From contig JANQGX010000059.1 of the NCBI GenBank assembly GCA_028282885.1, positions 64,906 through 128,905 on the forward strand: DNA of 64,000 bases. The letters run 5' to 3'. The translations under genes and the position numbers were made by a program. Positions 59,532 through 64,000 of this stretch are shown here, piece after piece; positions within the stretch are counted from its first letter, which is position 1, and each line of letters begins with the position of its first letter. The stretch comes from SAR324 cluster bacterium (lineage in GTDB: Bacteria; SAR324; XYD2-FULL-50-16). The notes beneath the pieces were generated by a model that had not been told where the DNA came from, did not search any database, and worked only from the letters and a program-made list of their open reading frames with translations.

Positions 59532-61277
59532 TCAATCAATGCCGTGCTTTTCCATATATCTATAAAGGGTGTTTCTGCCAATTCCCAATGCTTTGGCAGT
59601 CTTGGCTTTATTCCATCGGTTTGCTTCCAGGGTTTGAATCAGCACTTCTTTCTTCAGTTTTGAAGCGTATAGAAAAGGAGATTCGGTGCTTTTGTTCTGA
59701 TATTCTGCGATCTCTTTGGGAATATGCTCCAATGAAATATATGTTCCTGAGCACAAAATACAGGCATGCTCAACAGCATTCCGCAATTCTCGAATATTAC
59801 CTGGCCATGGATAGGTCAGAAAGCGATGCATCGTCTGATCTAAAAATCCTTCGATCGGTTTGTTCACAGACTTGTTGAAGGTGTCGAAGAAATGCTGACA
59901 TAGCAAAGGAATATCTTCAGTTCTTTTTCTTAGCGGTGGTAGTTCGACCAGCATTCCCTTGAGGCGATAATAAAGATCTTCACGAAACGCTTTTTTCTCT
60001 ATTTTTTCCCTGAGATCGACATTTGTTGCTGCCACAACCCGAACATTGACGCGATTCGTTTTTGATTCACCAATTCGTTCAAACTCTTTCTGTTCAAGGA
60101 CCCTAAGAAGTTTCACCTGCATTTGGGGAGAAATATCTCCGATCTCGTCAAGAAATATCGTGCCTTGATCAGCCGCCTGAAACCGACCGATTCGATTCTC
60201 TATCGCACCGGTGAATGCACCTTTAACATGGCCGAACAGCTCGCTCTCAAGGAGACTTTCGGATAAAGCAGCACAATTAACCTTTATTAGCGGACCTTTG
60301 GACCGACTACTCCCGTAATGTAGGGCTTCAGCAATGAGTTCCTTTCCGGTTCCGCTTTCGCCGAAAATTAGAACGGACGTTTCAACATCAGCTATTTGCT
60401 CCAGTAATGCATAAATCTTCTGCATGGATTCGCTTTTTCCGATGATATTTCGAAATCCCTGGCGTTCCTGGAGTTTTGCTTCAAGCTCAGTTAATCGTGT
60501 AATATCATTTACGATCAGTAGAGTTCCCTGAAAATCCAGGCTCGGACCCGCCAAGGGGATCGTGCTTAAACTGATGGTTCTTTTCCTCTTTTTCGAATCC
60601 GCACGAAAAACCATGCGATTCGTCACCGGCGCTCCTGATTCAAATGTGTCTTTGATTACCCGATGGCAAACATCATCCTTGTCTTTGAAAACTTTCTGAA
60701 GCGTTTCAACCGAATCTGTTGGCTTGTCACAAATTGGATTGGGTATTCGGTTGACACTGAGAAGATTGAAATCTTTATCAACAGCAATCAGCGTTTCCGG
60801 AATACCTTGTATAATTGCATTCATCAGCAAGTTCGAGTGTTCTTTTTCTGCCACCGCCTCACTTAATGAATGACGGGTTTCAGCCAATTGCAAGTGATTC
60901 CGAATCCTTACTTTCACTTCCTCCGCATGAAAAGGTTTGGTCACATAATCATTGCCTCCGACTTCGAATCCTCGGATTTTATCTTCCAGCTCCTTTAATG
61001 CACTTAGGAATATGATGGGGATCTCCTTCAAGTGATCAATTTCCCGGATTTTTTTGCAGACTTCATATCCATTCATATCCGGCATATTCACATCCAGTAG
61101 AATCAGATCAAAAGAACTGGAACAGACCCAATCCATTGCTTCCTCACCATCCATGGCAAATTCGACCGTAAATCCTTCGTTTTTCAGAATGCTGCCAAGC
61201 AACTGGATATTGTTGGGTTCATCATCGACGATAAGAATGGAATTAAACGCGCTTTCTTTATAATCCACATCGTTCAT
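59532..61277 (-). CDS. sigma54-dependent response regulator (REC-PAS-AAA+-HTH)
   Basis: ILIVDDEP, GESGTGKE, GAFTGA, WPGNIREL and a Fis-type HTH. ATG at 61277 preferred over the extended ORF. Confidence 0.93.
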   Translation of the reverse strand: MNDVDYKESAFNSILIVDDEPNNIQLLGSILKNEGFTVEFAMDGEEAMDWVCSSSFDLILLDVNMPDMNGYEVCKKIREIDHLKEIPIIFLSALKELEDKIRGFEVGGNDYVTKPFHAEEVKVRIRNHLQLAETRHSLSEAVAEKEHSNLLMNAIIQGIPETLIAVDKDFNLLSVNRIPNPICDKPTDSVETLQKVFKDKDDVCHRVIKDTFESGAPVTNRMVFRADSKKRKRTISLSTIPLAGPSLDFQGTLLIVNDITRLTELEAKLQERQGFRNIIGKSESMQKIYALLEQIADVETSVLIFGESGTGKELIAEALHYGSSRSKGPLIKVNCAALSESLLESELFGHVKGAFTGAIENRIGRFQAADQGTIFLDEIGDISPQMQVKLLRVLEQKEFERIGESKTNRVNVRVVAATNVDLREKIEKKAFREDLYYRLKGMLVELPPLRKRTEDIPLLCQHFFDTFNKSVNKPIEGFLDQTMHRFLTYPWPGNIRELRNAVEHACILCSGTYISLEHIPKEIAEYQNKSTESPFLYASKLKKEVLIQTLEANRWNKAKTAKALGIGRNTLYRYMEKHGID

Positions 61278-61549
61278 TTCATTTTTCGAATCCTTAGGTG
61301 GGAAATAAGTGCTGAGATGGCAGGGGGTCACATCAGATTCCCTACCCCTTAACAGGAATCCTGACCTATGATCCGAACTTCCAGGTCCAGGAATCCCATG
61401 TAGTTTATTTGAGGTTACCTGTTTTGATCTGACTGGGCAATTGAGAAAAAAACGTAAGACGGAGTTCATGAAGAGATGTGCAAATAGGTTTATCTTCTTA
61501 TTCGGATGGTAGGAAATCAGGCAGGTCCTGAAAGCCTGCCTGAAGATAA

Positions 61550-64000
61550 TCACCTGAAGATGTAAACTGCGCCGTTGTTGCTTCCATCGTCATTGGCTTC
61601 AGACAGGTCACTTCCATGGATGATATCGGTGCTGTTACTGTCTTCTCCGCTTGCTGAGATAGCAATCGTATCTGCATCCAGAGCAACTGATACACTGAAA
61701 TCATCCAGATTTCCGTTGTTTGGCGACTTGAGATAGGCTGTATGAGACCAGGTGGATCCATTTCTGCTGAACAGGTAGGCGGCACCATTCATATTACCAT
61801 CATTGTTTGTATCAGAAACATCACTGCCGTAAATGATCGAACTTGTCGATCCGTCCTCACTGGCTGCTCTGACCAGAAGCCGATCTTCATCTAAAGAAAG
61901 AGACCTGTTGCTGAAATAATCTGAACTTGAATTATTTGGAGCTTTTAAATATGCTTCATGGCTCCAGGTCGAATCAGATCGGGTAAATATGTAAACAGCA
62001 CCACTATTACTGCTGGTCCCGGCACTGTCGGCATCCGAAAGATCGCTGCCGTGGATAATGCTGCTATATGCGCTGTCCTCACCCATCGACCCAACAGCGA
62101 CCGTGTCACTATCAATAGCAAGAGCACTGCCGAAATAATCCTGGTCTGAGTTATTCGGTGCTTTCAAATAGGCTTCATGGGACCAGGTTGAACCGCTTCG
62201 TGTAAAAACATAAACAGCACCATTATCCGCTCCGCCCATGGAAGCCGCAGACAGGTTGCTTCCGTGAATAATAGTTGATGAATCACCATTTTCATTAGGT
62301 GAGGAGGCGACAATGGTATCCCCTGAAATAGCCACTTGTGTTCCAAAACAGCCTTGTGCGTCATTCGGTGCTTTCAGGTAAGCTTCATGACTCCAGGTTG
62401 AACCGGTCCTCGTAAAGACGTATGCTGCACCGATTTGGTCTCCATCATTATTTGTAGCTGACAAATCACTACCATGAATAATTGATGTTGTTTCACTCAT
62501 TTCATCTGGTGCCCCCACCACAATCGTGTCCCCGGAAATGGCAACCGAAGAACCAAACAGATGCTCTTCATTACCGTTTGGAGCTTTCAGGTAAGCTTCC
62601 AGGGACCACGTTGATCCACTTCGTGTAAAGACATATGCCGCACCATTTAATGTTCCTAAATCATTTGCATCCGACAGATCACTGCCGTGGATGATCGAAG
62701 TCGTGTTGCTCTCCTCATACCTTGCTCCCACCACAATGGTGTCACCTTCAATATCAAGGGCATAGCCAAACTGGTCACCGGTTGATGTATTCGGCGCTTT
62801 CAGGTATGCCTCTAAAGCCCAGGTAGATCCAGTTCTGCGGTAAACATGGACAGCCCCGCTTTCTACTCCATCATCATTTGTTGTCGAAAGATCACTTCCA
62901 TGAATAATCTCGGTGGTTGAGGAAGCTTCCTTATATACCCCTACAGCAAGCGTATCTCCTGATAAAGCAACACGATATCCAAATTGATCTTCATCTGATG
63001 TATTTGGGGCTTTCAAGTATGCTCTGTGACTCATTGAAATCTGTGTCGCTGTGACAATGTAGTCCGTTGATTCACCATCAGCAGCAGTGACGGTGTAGAT
63101 AACAGCTCCGGAAAAATCATTTGCTGATATTCCGCTGATCTGGGTTGAACCATCGACTGTAACAGATTCCCCGGTAGTGGAAAATGTAGCGATCAAACTG
63201 CTATCTTCAACAAGATAGGACAGATCAACTGAGATTGTTCCGTTTTCCTCATCAATGACACCCTCTAAATCTACGCTCACCCCGTCATTGTCTGTTGCGT
63301 TGAAACTGAAGTCTGTGATTGCCTTAGCCGTATTCGCCGCCCAGGAGACTGATACAGTATAGTCCTGTGTTGTGTTATCTGCAGCAGTGACAGTGTAGGT
63401 TACTGCATCACTAAAGTTGTTTTCTGTCGTTCCGCTGGTTTGGACGGTGCCTGAAACTGTCACGGTTTCACCGGTTGTTGTGAAATCAGCGATTAAACTG
63501 GTGAGGTCCGTTCCATACGGCACAGTTAGTGTTATATTGGTTCCACTGATCGTTGCAGCAGCATCACTGGAAAGCGCTGAATTGCTGTCAGCGGTAAAAC
63601 TGAAAGCGATTATCTCCTTATCAGAAGAATAGCTGACAACAGTTCCCGTAAGATCAGGTTCTCCGTCCCCATCGGTATCAATACCGCTGATATTGCCATC
63701 ATCGTCTTTTGTGATTGTCAGTACTGTACCGGAACCATTCTCTGAAGTATTCAATTCTGCTCTGCCTGTGGTTTCGTCAAGAATCCTCAAATAGAAATCA
63801 ACCTCATTGTCTTCAGTTACATCCACAGCATAGGTGGTGCTGGCAGATGTCGATGTACTGACATTTCTGTTTGAAGTTGTACTATCGGATTGCAGAAAAA
63901 CGAATTCCAGAGAATCTGTATCATTGTCCAGATCAACTCCATCCATACTATTATCCCCATCCTGGTCCACCAATGTGCCATTCACCGTGCCCCCGTCATA
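61550..64000 (-). CDS. Second Ig-like repeat/FG-GAP surface protein; N-terminus lies beyond the window end
   Basis: Frame open to 64000; DxDGD-type motifs; two Ig units homologous to those in 33893-36925; seven (H/L)xAYLK(A/S)PN..F(G/S) blades. Confidence 0.9.
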   Translation of the reverse strand, partial: YDGGTVNGTLVDQDGDNSMDGVDLDNDTDSLEFVFLQSDSTTSNRNVSTSTSASTTYAVDVTEDNEVDFYLRILDETTGRAELNTSENGSGTVLTITKDDDGNISGIDTDGDGEPDLTGTVVSYSSDKEIIAFSFTADSNSALSSDAAATISGTNITLTVPYGTDLTSLIADFTTTGETVTVSGTVQTSGTTENNFSDAVTYTVTAADNTTQDYTVSVSWAANTAKAITDFSFNATDNDGVSVDLEGVIDEENGTISVDLSYLVEDSSLIATFSTTGESVTVDGSTQISGISANDFSGAVIYTVTAADGESTDYIVTATQISMSHRAYLKAPNTSDEDQFGYRVALSGDTLAVGVYKEASSTTEIIHGSDLSTTNDDGVESGAVHVYRRTGSTWALEAYLKAPNTSTGDQFGYALDIEGDTIVVGARYEESNTTSIIHGSDLSDANDLGTLNGAAYVFTRSGSTWSLEAYLKAPNGNEEHLFGSSVAISGDTIVVGAPDEMSETTSIIHGSDLSATNNDGDQIGAAYVFTRTGSTWSHEAYLKAPNDAQGCFGTQVAISGDTIVASSPNENGDSSTIIHGSNLSAASMGGADNGAVYVFTRSGSTWSHEAYLKAPNNSDQDYFGSALAIDSDTVAVGSMGEDSAYSSIIHGSDLSDADSAGTSSNSGAVYIFTRSDSTWSHEAYLKAPNNSSSDYFSNRSLSLDEDRLLVRAASEDGSTSSIIYGSDVSDTNNDGNMNGAAYLFSRNGSTWSHTAYLKSPNNGNLDDFSVSVALDADTIAISASGEDSNSTDIIHGSDLSEANDDGSNNGAVYIFR

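Noticed and set aside
61278..61553. 92-aa N-terminal extension of the sigma54 regulator in the ORF track
   Set aside because: Does not look like protein, begins inside the upstream gene's stop, and the REC domain starts just after the ATG at 61277.
13..63632. Many short antisense or alternate-frame ORFs in the ORF track
   Set aside because: They are shadows of well-supported genes, with no motifs of their own.

Overview
Bacterial DNA of roughly mid-40s % GC (estimated by eye). Gene content suggests a deltaproteobacterial (Desulfobacterota/SAR324-like) genome; this is inference only. The window is rich in signalling and cell-surface genes. (1) 1-15.7 kb, minus strand: a chemosensory cluster in transcription order hybrid kinase, NtrC-type regulator, small hypothetical, soluble MCP-like protein, two 34H chemoreceptors, cheW, STAS, cheR, cheB, cheY, cheA (partial). 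It carries sigma54 -24/-12 promoters and a shared TGTCT-N9-AGACA enhancer-like palindrome. (2) 16-25.6 kb: accessory genes, namely a HisKA_2 kinase, AlkA-type glycosylase, lipoproteins, an SGNH esterase, a thioredoxin-VKOR fusion, and a kinase with a convergent solute-binding protein. (3) 25.8-36.9 kb, minus strand: an Ig-repeat/FG-GAP surface lipoprotein, a DUF2723/TMEM260-like glycosyltransferase, an AgmX/TonB_C-like protein, and a translationally coupled trio of PilZ membrane protein, SBP/pLGIC-like/MscS fusion channel and Kelch protein. (4) 37-43 kb: a 7TM-DISM kinase with a NarL regulator, a decayed aromatic amino acid decarboxylase, and a tungsten-type AOR. (5) 43-54.7 kb: pstSCAB-phoU-phoB-phoR with 11-bp-phased PHO-box arrays, plus a PHO-boxed triple-repeat lipoprotein of unknown function. 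(6) 55-64 kb: a beta-propeller hybrid kinase, a sigma54 regulator, and a second Ig/FG-GAP protein (partial). No rRNA, tRNA, CRISPR array or intact mobile element was recognised. All calls come from reading motifs by eye; no searches were run.
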